From: Candidatus Komeilibacteria bacterium
GTDB lineage: Bacteria; Patescibacteriota; Patescibacteriia; UBA1558; JAPLWL01
Length of the DNA stretch: 39,568 nucleotides
Direction of reading: 5' to 3'
NCBI GenBank assembly: GCA_026396635.1
Contig: JAPLWL010000021.1
Span: 11,928 to 51,495, forward strand
A program made the translations under genes and the position numbers. The notes beneath the pieces were generated by a model that had not been told where the DNA came from, searched no databases, and was given only the letters and a program-made list of their open reading frames with translations. Shown one piece after another: positions 1 through 8,561 of this stretch (position 1 is the first letter of the stretch; each line of letters begins with the position of its first letter).

Positions 1-212
1 AATCTAATTAAAAAAATTAAACCGGCCGCTAAGAGTAGGCCAAAAAGAATCAAACCAATTGTTTGCCAGCGAAACAATAGAAAAATTAAAAAAAATGGCA
101 GGAGAAAAATTAATAAACTAAAGAAGCCGGCCCAAAAATACATTATCCAGAATCTGGGTACTGAGGCTAAAACCTCTTCATCTTCTTTTAAAAATTTGGT
201 AAAATTACTCAT
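1..212 (-). CDS. hypothetical membrane protein, N-terminal part only (gene runs off the window start)
   Basis: Hand translation from the ATG at 212-210 gives MSNFTKFLKEDEEVLASVPRFWIMYFWAGFFSLLIFLLPFFLIFLLFRWQTIGLILFGLLLAAGLIFLIR with no stop before position 1. Two hydrophobic helices are visible. It is not in the supplied ORF track. Confidence 0.35.
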   Translation of the reverse strand, partial: MSNFTKFLKEDEEVLASVPRFWIMYFWAGFFSLLIFLLPFFLIFLLFRWQTIGLILFGLLLAAGLIFLIR

Positions 213-308
213 ATGAAAAGAAAAACTCAAAAAGCTGTTTGGACAGTCATTAGCGCCATGGTTGTTTTATCCATGATTTTGTGGACGTTTGGATTGTTCT
301 ATCGTTAA
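213..308 (+). CDS. small single-pass membrane peptide (31 aa)
   Basis: ATG at 213 gives MKRKTQKAVWTVISAMVVLSMILWTFGLFYR, then TAA. The peptide has a basic N-terminus followed by one TM helix. It is followed by a strong hairpin with a T-run (321-416). Its start codon abuts the divergent start at 212 (CATATG), so the two calls conflict somewhat. Confidence 0.3.
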   Translation: MKRKTQKAVWTVISAMVVLSMILWTFGLFYR

Positions 309-320
309 TAGTATACAAGA

Positions 321-414
321 AAAATAGGTTTTTGCCTATAATTAATGTAGGTCTTTGATTAACCTGCCTGCCAGTAGGCAGGTCAAAGACCTACATTGGG
401 CAAAAACCTATTTT
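321..414. terminator. three-tier nested hairpin, probable bidirectional intrinsic terminator
   Basis: Three arm pairs are each perfectly complementary: 321-336/399-414 (16 bp), 344-358/383-397 (15 bp) and 363-369/376-382 (7 bp). A T-run follows on the plus strand (411-416) and TTTTCTTGT follows on the minus strand. The structure overlaps the lepA stop codon (408-410). Confidence 0.6.
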
Positions 415-2072
415 TTGAATATTTCTAAATAAACATTGCCGGGAATATCTACTCGGCCCAAAGATTTCATCTTCTTTTTGCCGGCCTTTTGCTTTTCCAA
501 TAACTTTCTCTTACGGGTCACGTCGCCGCCATAGAGTTTGGCAATAACATCCTTTTTCATGGCCGACAAGCGCTCTGAAGCAATAATGTGGCCGCCAATG
601 GTAGCTTGAATTTTAATTTCAAACATTTGCCGAGGCAATAAATTTTTTAACTTAGCCACAATTTTTCGGCCCACAAAATTGGCATTGTCTTTGTAAGTTA
701 AAGAAGAAAAGGCTGGTACGATTTCTTCGGCCACCAAAATATCAATTTTTATAACTTCGGCTGGCCGAAAACCAATCATTTCATAACTTAAAGAGGCATA
801 GCCAGAAGAAATGCTTTTTAGATCATCATAAAAATCTATAATCATAACGGCTAAGGGCATTTCATAACGTAAGATTGCCCGATTAGCTTCTAGATATTCG
901 GTTTCACGGTAAACGCCTCGTCGGTCAGACATTAATTGCATGATACTACCCAGATAATTACTGGGAGTAACAATATCAATTTTAATGAAGGGTTCTAAAA
1001 TTTCAGCAATCGTGCCCGGATCCGGATAGTCTTGTGGATTGGTTACAATAATGACTTGTCCGTTAGTTAAGCGGATTTGATAAGCCACCGAAGGTGCGGT
1101 AGCGATAAGTTGTAAATTAAATTCACGGCGCAATCTTTCTTGAAATATTTCTAGATGAAGTAAGCCTAAAAAGCCGCACCGAAAGCCCGAGCCTAGGGAT
1201 AAAAAATTTTCCGGCTCATAAGTCAGGGCCGCATCGTTTAATTTTAATTTGCCAATGCCTTTGCGGAGTTTTTCAAATTCAGAACCGTCTTGCGGAAAAA
1301 TACTAGCAAAAACCATGGGTTTTATCTGTTTGTAGCCAGGCAAGGGCAGAGCCGGATCATTGGCCAGAGTTACAGTATCGCCTACCCTTACTTGATCAAT
1401 TTCTTTTAAGCCGGAAACAATATAGCCAATTTCCCCACTTAGTAGTTCTTGGTTTTTGATTAAGTCTGGTTTAAAATAGCCAACTTCTAAAACCTCACTG
1501 ACTTGTCCGGTAGCTAAGTGTAAAATTTTATCCCCGGCCCTAAGAGAGCCGTTTTTAACTCGACAAAAAGCTACTACGCCCCGATAATCATCAAAATAAG
1601 AATCAAAAATTAAAGCTTGTAATTTATTTTGAGTTTTGCCAATTGGTTCGGGGACTTTTTTAATAACTGTTTCTAGAATTTTTTCAACATTTTGTCCGGT
1701 TTTGGCTGAGACCGGAATAATTTCTGAAAAATCACAACCCAAAAGGTGAGCAATTTCCTGACTTACTTCTTCTACTCGGGCATTGGGCAGATCAATTTTA
1801 TTTAAAACTGGAATAATAGTTAGGCCCTGCTCTAAGGCTAGATATAAATTAGCCAGGGTTTGAGCCTCTATACCTTGTGTTGAATCAACTACTAAAATAG
1901 CACCCTCAACGCAAGCTAAAGACCGGGAAACATCATAGTTAAAATCAACGTGGCCAGGGGTATCAATTAAATTTAGTTCATAGCCTTGATAACTCATCCG
2001 CACTGGCTGAAGTTTGATGGTGATTCCCCGTTCTCGCTCCAGATCCATTCTATCTAAAAATTGCTCTTTCAT
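408..2072 (-). CDS. lepA: translation elongation factor 4 (LepA), lacking the G1/P-loop segment
   Basis: GTPase motifs G2 RGITIK, G3 DTPGH, G4 NKID and G5 SAK are present, as is the LepA C-terminal domain. The ORF starts inside the conserved ...DREMKEQFLDRMDLERERGITIK region. See the 5' remnant at 2113-2154. Confidence 0.9.
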   Translation of the reverse strand: MKEQFLDRMDLERERGITIKLQPVRMSYQGYELNLIDTPGHVDFNYDVSRSLACVEGAILVVDSTQGIEAQTLANLYLALEQGLTIIPVLNKIDLPNARVEEVSQEIAHLLGCDFSEIIPVSAKTGQNVEKILETVIKKVPEPIGKTQNKLQALIFDSYFDDYRGVVAFCRVKNGSLRAGDKILHLATGQVSEVLEVGYFKPDLIKNQELLSGEIGYIVSGLKEIDQVRVGDTVTLANDPALPLPGYKQIKPMVFASIFPQDGSEFEKLRKGIGKLKLNDAALTYEPENFLSLGSGFRCGFLGLLHLEIFQERLRREFNLQLIATAPSVAYQIRLTNGQVIIVTNPQDYPDPGTIAEILEPFIKIDIVTPSNYLGSIMQLMSDRRGVYRETEYLEANRAILRYEMPLAVMIIDFYDDLKSISSGYASLSYEMIGFRPAEVIKIDILVAEEIVPAFSSLTYKDNANFVGRKIVAKLKNLLPRQMFEIKIQATIGGHIIASERLSAMKKDVIAKLYGGDVTRKRKLLEKQKAGKKKMKSLGRVDIPGNVYLEIFKK

Positions 2073-2112
2073 TTCACGATCCGGAACAGTTTTGGTAATT
2101 TGTAAAAATCTA

Positions 2113-2154
2113 TCAAATAATGCAAAAGTTACGAATCAAACGATTTTCCAGCAT
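2113..2154 (-). pseudogene. lepA: orphaned 5' end of lepA (13 codons: MLENRLIRNFCII, then TGA)
   Basis: The ATG lies 6 nt after the murJ stop. IRNFCII matches the conserved LepA N-terminus IRNFSII, which normally precedes AHIDHGKST. This fragment is in a different frame from the main lepA ORF, and the P-loop codons are absent. Confidence 0.6.
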
Positions 2155-2160
2155 AAGCTT

Positions 2161-3744
2161 TTACGGACGTTTGGCCAAAAATCGCCAATATTTACCCAGC
2201 CAATTTTTAATTAAGGCAATTTCTTCACAATTAGTTAGTAAACTGGAGGCAAAATAAATTAAGACACCAACCAGTCCGGCGACTAAGCCTTGAGTGGCAA
2301 TTCCCCAAAAAGTATGCATATCAACTAGATTAGCCAAAATTCTTAAGACAATATAAACTCCTAGGCCAGCCAGTAAGGCATTAAAAGTAATTTTAATGGT
2401 GGCCCAGATAATTCGGCGGTCATCTAAGCGACCCAGTTTGAATTTTAGAAAAATATAAAGCAGGATTAATTGAGTAATACCGCCTGTAGTTTGGGCGGCA
2501 GCCAAGCCAATTACTCCGTAAACCGGCGCCAGATGCCAAGCTAAGTAAATAGTTAAACCAACATTAATTAAACTAATTAAAACTGGAGTAATGGTATCTT
2601 CGAGCGCATAAAAAACTCGGGCTAAAGTAGGTATTAAGCTTTGAGCAAACAAACCAATGGCAAACCAACCTAAGGTTTGAGCGGTCCAATAAGTCGCCTG
2701 CCAATCAAACTGACCAGCGCCTAGCACTACCCTAACAATCTGCGCGCGCAATAAAATAATAAAAACAGTTATGGGTACTGAAAAGAAAATAATTCGCCGC
2801 ACTGATAAAGAAAAAGTATCTTGGAAACGATCAGAGTTGCCATCCCGCAAAGTTTCGGCAAAAACCGGAAAAACCGCAATGGCCAAAGAAACGCCGACTA
2901 GGCCAATGGGTACGTTTTGCAAATTATCAGCTAAACGGTAAATGGCTAAACTGCCAGCCGCCATTTGGGTAGCCAACATGGTAATAATTATTTCAGTAAT
3001 TTGATTGCCGGCCAAACCAACAGTCCGGGGTCCCATTAACAAAAAAACTCGCTTAACTTCTTGGCTAATTTTAATAGAAAATTCCCACTGCCAGCCAACT
3101 TTCCTGGCTTCCCAAAATTGGATAGCCAGATGACCAAAAGCTCCTAACACTACACCCCAAGCCAAGCCGGTTAAGCCAAGCCAAGGATAAAACAATACGA
3201 TGCCCAAAATGATGCCTAAGTTATAAATAATTGGGGCGGCGGCAAAAGTGGCAAACCGACGCAAAGAATTTAGCATACCACCCACTACATTAGAAATTGC
3301 AAAAAAGACAATACTTAACAACATTATCCTGGTTAGCAAAATAGTATCAATTAACTGTTGGCCGCTAAAACCCGGAGCAATAAAACCCATTAATTGTGGA
3401 GCAATAACTAAAGCAACAATGGTTAGGGATAGTAAGATAATTAATAAAATATTTAAAACTGAATTGGCTAGGCGCCAGGCGGCCTTGGCATCATTTTGGT
3501 AAAGCTTGGTAAAAATTGGAATAAAAGCTGAGGCCAGGGCGCCTAGAATTAGAGTGTTAAAAATTAAATCCGGAATTTTGAAGGCGGCGTAATAACTGTC
3601 TAAAGTTGAACCAGCACCAAAATTAGCCGCCAGTAAACGATCTCTTAATAAACCGGCAATTTTGCTTAGAACCGAAAAAAGAGCAATTATTATTGCTCCT
3701 CCCGTTATACTAGCAGTTAATCTGGACCAAATTGACTTTGCCAT
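2161..3744 (-). CDS. murJ: lipid II flippase MurJ (MviN family)
   Basis: This is a 527-aa polytopic membrane protein with a typical MurJ N-terminus (ITGGAIIIALFSVLSKIAGLLRDRLLAANFGAGSTLDSYYAAFKIPD) and about 14 TM segments. Confidence 0.85.
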   Translation of the reverse strand: MAKSIWSRLTASITGGAIIIALFSVLSKIAGLLRDRLLAANFGAGSTLDSYYAAFKIPDLIFNTLILGALASAFIPIFTKLYQNDAKAAWRLANSVLNILLIILLSLTIVALVIAPQLMGFIAPGFSGQQLIDTILLTRIMLLSIVFFAISNVVGGMLNSLRRFATFAAAPIIYNLGIILGIVLFYPWLGLTGLAWGVVLGAFGHLAIQFWEARKVGWQWEFSIKISQEVKRVFLLMGPRTVGLAGNQITEIIITMLATQMAAGSLAIYRLADNLQNVPIGLVGVSLAIAVFPVFAETLRDGNSDRFQDTFSLSVRRIIFFSVPITVFIILLRAQIVRVVLGAGQFDWQATYWTAQTLGWFAIGLFAQSLIPTLARVFYALEDTITPVLISLINVGLTIYLAWHLAPVYGVIGLAAAQTTGGITQLILLYIFLKFKLGRLDDRRIIWATIKITFNALLAGLGVYIVLRILANLVDMHTFWGIATQGLVAGLVGVLIYFASSLLTNCEEIALIKNWLGKYWRFLAKRP

Positions 3745-3779
3745 GACCGGATTATAGTGATAAATCAGAATAAAATCAA

Positions 3780-6401
3780 CTATTTTTTAACTATATTTAG
3801 AATAATTTTTTCATCTTGAGTCTGGGTGTAGCTAATAGTTAATTGGCCCACTTCACTTTCTACTAGGGCGTTAGCTGGTGACTTATTAATGGTAACTTCA
3901 TAATTTTTAGGCCAGCTAAAATGGTTAATAATTTTTTGATTATTAAGGCCGGATTGTTTTTGAATCAGCAACTCATAGGTACCTTGTTTGGCTTGCGGCC
4001 AACCTAATTTATTAAGCCAATTTTTTAAGCGGTTGGTCTGCCATTGGATTAAGCCGCTCGGCAAATGGTAAACAAAACTCAAAGTTTTATTTTCACTAGG
4101 AGAGGTTAAGAGCCAGTTGCCAAAAGTTTTTTTACCAAATTCTTGATTGATGCTGGTTTGACTAATAGGGTCTTTGGTAATTTCCCCGCTAATCCGGAGG
4201 AGATCAGGATCCGAAGTTAAATAGCTGGCTGGTTTTTGAAAATTTTCTGGCGTCGGTAAAATTTGACCCGTTACTTTTAGAAGTTCGGCACTTAGGGGTG
4301 CATAAACTCTAATAAAAGAATTGTTTTGATTAAAGCTAAAGATGTCAGTTGGGATGGCTGATTGCTGAAAACGGTTAATTGATACAGTTTTTAAAATAGA
4401 ATCGTCGGAAGCAAAATTAATGTACTGTTCCAAAGTTTGAGCGGTATATTTATCACTTTTGCCGCCGCCAATGTTTTGAGTTATAGCTAAAGTATAATCG
4501 CCGGTAGTTGAAGCAATACGACCGGTCCACTGCCAAGCATCAGCTTTTTGCTCTAAATCTTGATTTTTAAAATAAAGCTGAACTTCTTTTTGTTTTAAAC
4601 CATTTAAAACTGTAGTCAGAAGACTAGTATATTTTTCTTTGGGCAAATTTTGCAGTCTGGCTAAAATAATTGGGGCGGCATCGGCAATGATTTGTTTAGG
4701 TTTATTTTCCACTTTGTCGTATTTAAATTCAACTTGTTTTTGCAGTTCATCAATAACATTTTTTTCATCAAGAGTAACTTGAAATTTAGGCAAAGTGACT
4801 GGGCCAACTAAATTTAACAATTTTGGCAATAAAGAAGCATTGATAGCAATGACGCCATCCGTGCTTGGTCCGCCAGCCTTTTCATAGAACCATTGGATTT
4901 TTTGAGCGTTAGCATTAAAGTCTGGCCACCAATTGGCATCTTGAGCCATCCAACGGCCACCCTTTCCTACTAATCGCATAGGCTCTGGGCTCATAGTATA
5001 GTTAGTGGCTTGGCCTTGAAGATCATAAAATCCACCACCAGGAATATCCATTTTGGCAATTTGACCATTACGTAAATCAACTTGGGCAAAACTACCTAAA
5101 AATCCACCGCCAGCCCGTAATTCACCTTCGTTCTGAAAAACAAGCAAGTAACGGCGTTCTTGATTGTAGCCCAAAATGTCATTTAATGAAGTTGTTAAAT
5201 CTTTTAATTGGCTTAGCTGGTTGATAAAATAAGGCAAAAATATTTTTAAGTCTTTAATTTGATTTTGATATTTTGTTGGTAAGCCAAAAGTAGACGCCTG
5301 CTGTAAAGAAGCATTAGCGGCTTGAGCTTGAGGCAAAAGATCGTCCAGCTGTTTTCTAGCCCAAGGTAATTGCTGGTCGGCGGATTGCTGTTGAGCCGTC
5401 CAAACAGCTAAACTGGTAGTAAATTGCTCAGCTAATTTGGTTAATTGAGTAGCGCCGGTAATTAAATAACTGGCACTTTCTAAAGGGTTTAAGCCAAATA
5501 AAACTTGCCGCAAATTGGCTTGAGTATTTTGGAGATAATCGGCGGCTTGAGTTAAGGAATTTTCAGCTGATTGAAATTTAATTAAGGCGCCTTCCCAATC
5601 AGCTGCCGTGGCCGCTTGGACTCCGGATTGCAAATCTCTGGCCGCGGTTTGGGAAATATTTACTAGTTGATCTTTAATAACATTAACTTTTTTGTAAAAA
5701 ACAAAGCCCTTGACCGGCATGACTAACAAAAAAGCAAAAACAATAAAGGTCAGGACAATTCTAATTCTTTCCAGCGAAGGTAGCCAAAGTAATGGGGGTT
5801 TTTCTATAAAAGCCGGCAGAGTTTTTTTCTTTAATTGAAATTTTGGAAATTTAAAAGCGACTTTATCTGGCCAGCGCAAAAAAGAGGAGGTTTGAACTGG
5901 AATGGGTTTGCCGGGAGTCGGTTCTTTAGGACGAACTATTTTTTCCGGCGGCCGCAAATCCAAAAGATGGCCAGATCTGTCTAGATGGTTTTGAATATTA
6001 ACTTCGGAAGTTTGGCCGTTTTTATCCAAGACAACCTTCCGATCTGTAATGGTAGCCAATTGTTTAGAAGTTAAGCTTGGCCAGGGCAGATCTTCCATTG
6101 GCGTTTTATTGGCTTCAACAGCAAAATCCCCTTCTTTGGCGGTTAATTCTTCCAAATCCCAAGCTAGTAACGGCGTAAATTCAGGTTCTATTTCTGTAGC
6201 CGGTTGTAAAAAATCAACCTCAACCGCCGAAATAGTGGTCCGTTGATGATGTAGGCTGTCGGCGGCAAAGGCGCTCCGACTAGACAAAAAAGACCTAGGG
6301 CCAATTTTGGTAGTGCTAGTTTTGGAAATGCCAATGGTTTTTTTACTAGAAGCCGCTGCTTTTTTCTTTGGTTCTGTATTTTTAATTTGTTTTGGCATCA
6401 A
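3780..6401 (-). CDS. DUF4012 domain-containing envelope protein (873 aa, single N-terminal TM anchor)
   Basis: There is a central TM segment (RIVLTFIVFAFLLVMPV). The motif ERRYLLVFQNEGELRAGGGFLGSFAQVDL matches the DUF4012 signature as I recall it. The N-terminus is Lys/Ser/Thr-rich. Confidence 0.7.
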   Translation of the reverse strand: MMPKQIKNTEPKKKAAASSKKTIGISKTSTTKIGPRSFLSSRSAFAADSLHHQRTTISAVEVDFLQPATEIEPEFTPLLAWDLEELTAKEGDFAVEANKTPMEDLPWPSLTSKQLATITDRKVVLDKNGQTSEVNIQNHLDRSGHLLDLRPPEKIVRPKEPTPGKPIPVQTSSFLRWPDKVAFKFPKFQLKKKTLPAFIEKPPLLWLPSLERIRIVLTFIVFAFLLVMPVKGFVFYKKVNVIKDQLVNISQTAARDLQSGVQAATAADWEGALIKFQSAENSLTQAADYLQNTQANLRQVLFGLNPLESASYLITGATQLTKLAEQFTTSLAVWTAQQQSADQQLPWARKQLDDLLPQAQAANASLQQASTFGLPTKYQNQIKDLKIFLPYFINQLSQLKDLTTSLNDILGYNQERRYLLVFQNEGELRAGGGFLGSFAQVDLRNGQIAKMDIPGGGFYDLQGQATNYTMSPEPMRLVGKGGRWMAQDANWWPDFNANAQKIQWFYEKAGGPSTDGVIAINASLLPKLLNLVGPVTLPKFQVTLDEKNVIDELQKQVEFKYDKVENKPKQIIADAAPIILARLQNLPKEKYTSLLTTVLNGLKQKEVQLYFKNQDLEQKADAWQWTGRIASTTGDYTLAITQNIGGGKSDKYTAQTLEQYINFASDDSILKTVSINRFQQSAIPTDIFSFNQNNSFIRVYAPLSAELLKVTGQILPTPENFQKPASYLTSDPDLLRISGEITKDPISQTSINQEFGKKTFGNWLLTSPSENKTLSFVYHLPSGLIQWQTNRLKNWLNKLGWPQAKQGTYELLIQKQSGLNNQKIINHFSWPKNYEVTINKSPANALVESEVGQLTISYTQTQDEKIILNIVKK

Positions 6402-6457
6402 ATTATCTTTTTACGTTGATAATTATACCACAAACCTTTTCAAAATACCAAATGAGG

Positions 6458-7495
6458 CTATGATAAAATTTTAACTAGACCTAAATCGGCGTTTACTTCT
6501 ACCCTGTCTCCAGTTTTAAGGAGTTGAGTGGCAATTTTAGTGCCAACAATGCAGGGTTTTTTCAGCTCGCGGGCAATAATCGCGGCATGACAAGTTAAAC
6601 CGCCTTCATTGGTGATAATAGCTTTGGCCTTTTTTAGGGCCTGGATAAAGTCCGGCGAAGTCATGTCGGTTACTAAAATTTCGCCCACCTTTAATTTATT
6701 AATATCTTTTTTGTATCTAATTATTCTAACCTTGCCACTAACATTACCTCGAAAAGCAACAGAACCTTTAATAGCTTGGTTTTGAGCCTGAACAATTGTT
6801 TCCAGAGTTAGATTTTGATCAGCAAGTTTTTTCTTAAGACTAGGCAGCGTAAGAATTTGATGGTGAAAAATACCGTAACCCCGCGACCGTTTTTTAATGA
6901 TGTTAATAGTTTTAGAGTCAAATTTTTTATTTTGGACAGAAAAAACCTCGGCCGGAGTCACCAAATTGGCAATGATTTTATATTTGGGAAAATAGTAAGT
7001 AAAAAAATTTACAAATAACCTATCGCCGGCCTCGCCATATTCTTGCGTCTTTTCTCTAAGCTTGAGCAATTGCTTCCTGATAGCTAAGGGAATTTTAAGC
7101 AAATCAATGGCATCAAAAACAATGGCTTGGGTAGCCCACCAGCGTACCCATAACTGATAAAACTTTTTTAAATCAGTTATTGAGTTTATTTTTTTCTTAC
7201 CTTGATAATAAGCCAAGATAACTTTCCAACGAGCAGAAAACTCTTTAATTAGCTTTTTAGCTTCAATGGGCTTATTAATTTTTTTCACCTCGGCCGCATA
7301 AATTCGCGCCAATTCCTCTTTTTCATACCAAACAGAAATTTTATTGCTAGAATTTTCTTTTAAAAACAAATTATCTTTAACATCAAAATCAATCCACTTC
7401 TTAACAAAATAAGCATCCGAATCATGCCAGGCCCAGAAGTAAAATAAAGAATGTTCCCGGGTTAGCAACTTAGTGAGAACTTTTGGTTTTAGCAT
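6458..7495 (-). CDS. PEP-utilizer swivel (phospho-histidine) domain protein, paralogue 3 (345 aa)
   Basis: The C-terminus GEILVTDMTSPDFIQALKKAKAIITNEGGLTCHAAIIARELKKPCIVGTK is a PEP-utilizing enzyme mobile domain containing the carrier His. The N-terminal ~230 aa resemble those of ORF 7470-8561. The ORF overlaps the upstream gene by 26 nt. Confidence 0.8.
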   Translation of the reverse strand: MLKPKVLTKLLTREHSLFYFWAWHDSDAYFVKKWIDFDVKDNLFLKENSSNKISVWYEKEELARIYAAEVKKINKPIEAKKLIKEFSARWKVILAYYQGKKKINSITDLKKFYQLWVRWWATQAIVFDAIDLLKIPLAIRKQLLKLREKTQEYGEAGDRLFVNFFTYYFPKYKIIANLVTPAEVFSVQNKKFDSKTINIIKKRSRGYGIFHHQILTLPSLKKKLADQNLTLETIVQAQNQAIKGSVAFRGNVSGKVRIIRYKKDINKLKVGEILVTDMTSPDFIQALKKAKAIITNEGGLTCHAAIIARELKKPCIVGTKIATQLLKTGDRVEVNADLGLVKILS

Positions 7496-8561
7496 GGCGC
7501 TTTAAAATTTTAATGACGCCAGTGTTGGCGTTTAATTCTATTTGATCACCGGTTTTTAGCACTTCAGTTGCCACTTTAGTGCCGATAATGGTTGGTTTTT
7601 TTAACTCTCTAGCACTGATGGCCGCATGACACGTAATACCGCCTTCATCAGTAATAATGGCGGCAGCTTTCTTGATTGCCGGCAAATATCTAGGGTTGGT
7701 CATATGGGCCACTAAAATTTCGCCTGGTTTAAGGGTGTTAATTTCTGAAGTTAGGTTAACCACTCTAACTTTGCCAGTAACTTTTCCCTTAAAAGCAATT
7801 TGGCCAGTTAATTGATTAGTGGCCAGTGGTAAAGGATTAAATGACAGAGCCTTTATTTTATTTAATGGTTGCAGTTGGCTTTGTTGATAAATAAATCCTT
7901 GTTTTTTTCGTTGGTCAAAAGTTTTAAGTTGTAATTTAGAAAAAGGTTTATTAAATAAAGAAAAAACTTCGGCCGGAGTAATAATTTCCGCATATTGAGC
8001 GTATTTAGGGTATTGTTTTTTGAAAAAATCTAAAAACAAAAGCTCGCTATCATCAGAAAACTTTTCAGTTTGCTTTCTTAAATGTTTAGCTTCTGTCACT
8101 TGAGGCCCGCCAAAAGTTAAACTGTCTGGCGCCGGAATCCAGTAGATTAAAGACATCAGCGGCCACCAGGCAGTTAGGTTTTGATAAAACTTACCAAACT
8201 CTTTGATGGAACTGATTTTTCTGCCTTGGGCGTAAGGCTTAAGAGGTTGCCAATATTTGAGAAAGTATTTTTTAACCTTTGGAAAAAATTTATGATCTTT
8301 TAAAGTTTTGTCTCTAATAAGTTTGTCAAAATAATCTAATTCAGTTCGGTCATAATAAATTGTTATTAGCGGCGAAGCAGCTTTTTTAACAAATAAAACT
8401 TGAGCTAAGCCTTGACCTAGCCACTTCTTTAGTCCGAACCTATCTCCCTCTTCCCAAACCACACAACTGAATAGGGACAATTCCCGTTCAAACTGTCTAT
8501 CAAATAATAATTTTTTATCCAGCACTAAATTTTTAGTGCTGGATTTATTTTTTTGTTTCAC
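7470..8561 (-). CDS. PEP-utilizer swivel (phospho-histidine) domain protein, paralogue 2 (363 aa)
   Basis: The C-terminus is GEILVAHMTNPRYLPAIKKAAAIITDEGGITCHAAISARELKKPTIIGTK. The N-terminal region shares W-rich helices and the ITPAEVFSLF motif with 6458-7495. The ORF overlaps the upstream gene by 17 nt. Confidence 0.8.
   Translation of the reverse strand: MKQKNKSSTKNLVLDKKLLFDRQFERELSLFSCVVWEEGDRFGLKKWLGQGLAQVLFVKKAASPLITIYYDRTELDYFDKLIRDKTLKDHKFFPKVKKYFLKYWQPLKPYAQGRKISSIKEFGKFYQNLTAWWPLMSLIYWIPAPDSLTFGGPQVTEAKHLRKQTEKFSDDSELLFLDFFKKQYPKYAQYAEIITPAEVFSLFNKPFSKLQLKTFDQRKKQGFIYQQSQLQPLNKIKALSFNPLPLATNQLTGQIAFKGKVTGKVRVVNLTSEINTLKPGEILVAHMTNPRYLPAIKKAAAIITDEGGITCHAAISARELKKPTIIGTKVATEVLKTGDQIELNANTGVIKILKRHAKTKSSH

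Noticed and set aside
2100-2130. Programmed frameshifting as the explanation for the lepA break.
   Set aside because: A frameshift cannot restore the P-loop, because the codons for AHIDHGKST are simply not present in any frame.
2014-2214. A 66-aa plus-strand ORF spanning the lepA/murJ junction.
   Set aside because: It is antisense to the lepA N-terminus and the murJ C-terminus. It has no motif and low-complexity composition, so it is a shadow ORF.
3248-3502. An 84-aa plus-strand ORF inside murJ. Similar antisense ORFs occur at 6049-6246, 6815-7018, 9092-9379, 11191-11436, 11720-11923, 13309-13506, 15182-15469, 17978-18442, 21477-21731, 22113-22295, 25037-25258, 25461-25706, 26435-26629, 30094-30336, 31295-31480, 33846-34034, 37595-37789 and 37855-38067.
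   Set aside because: Every one is fully antisense to a well-supported, motif-bearing gene. All are short, without recognisable motifs or translation signals, and are typical shadow ORFs.
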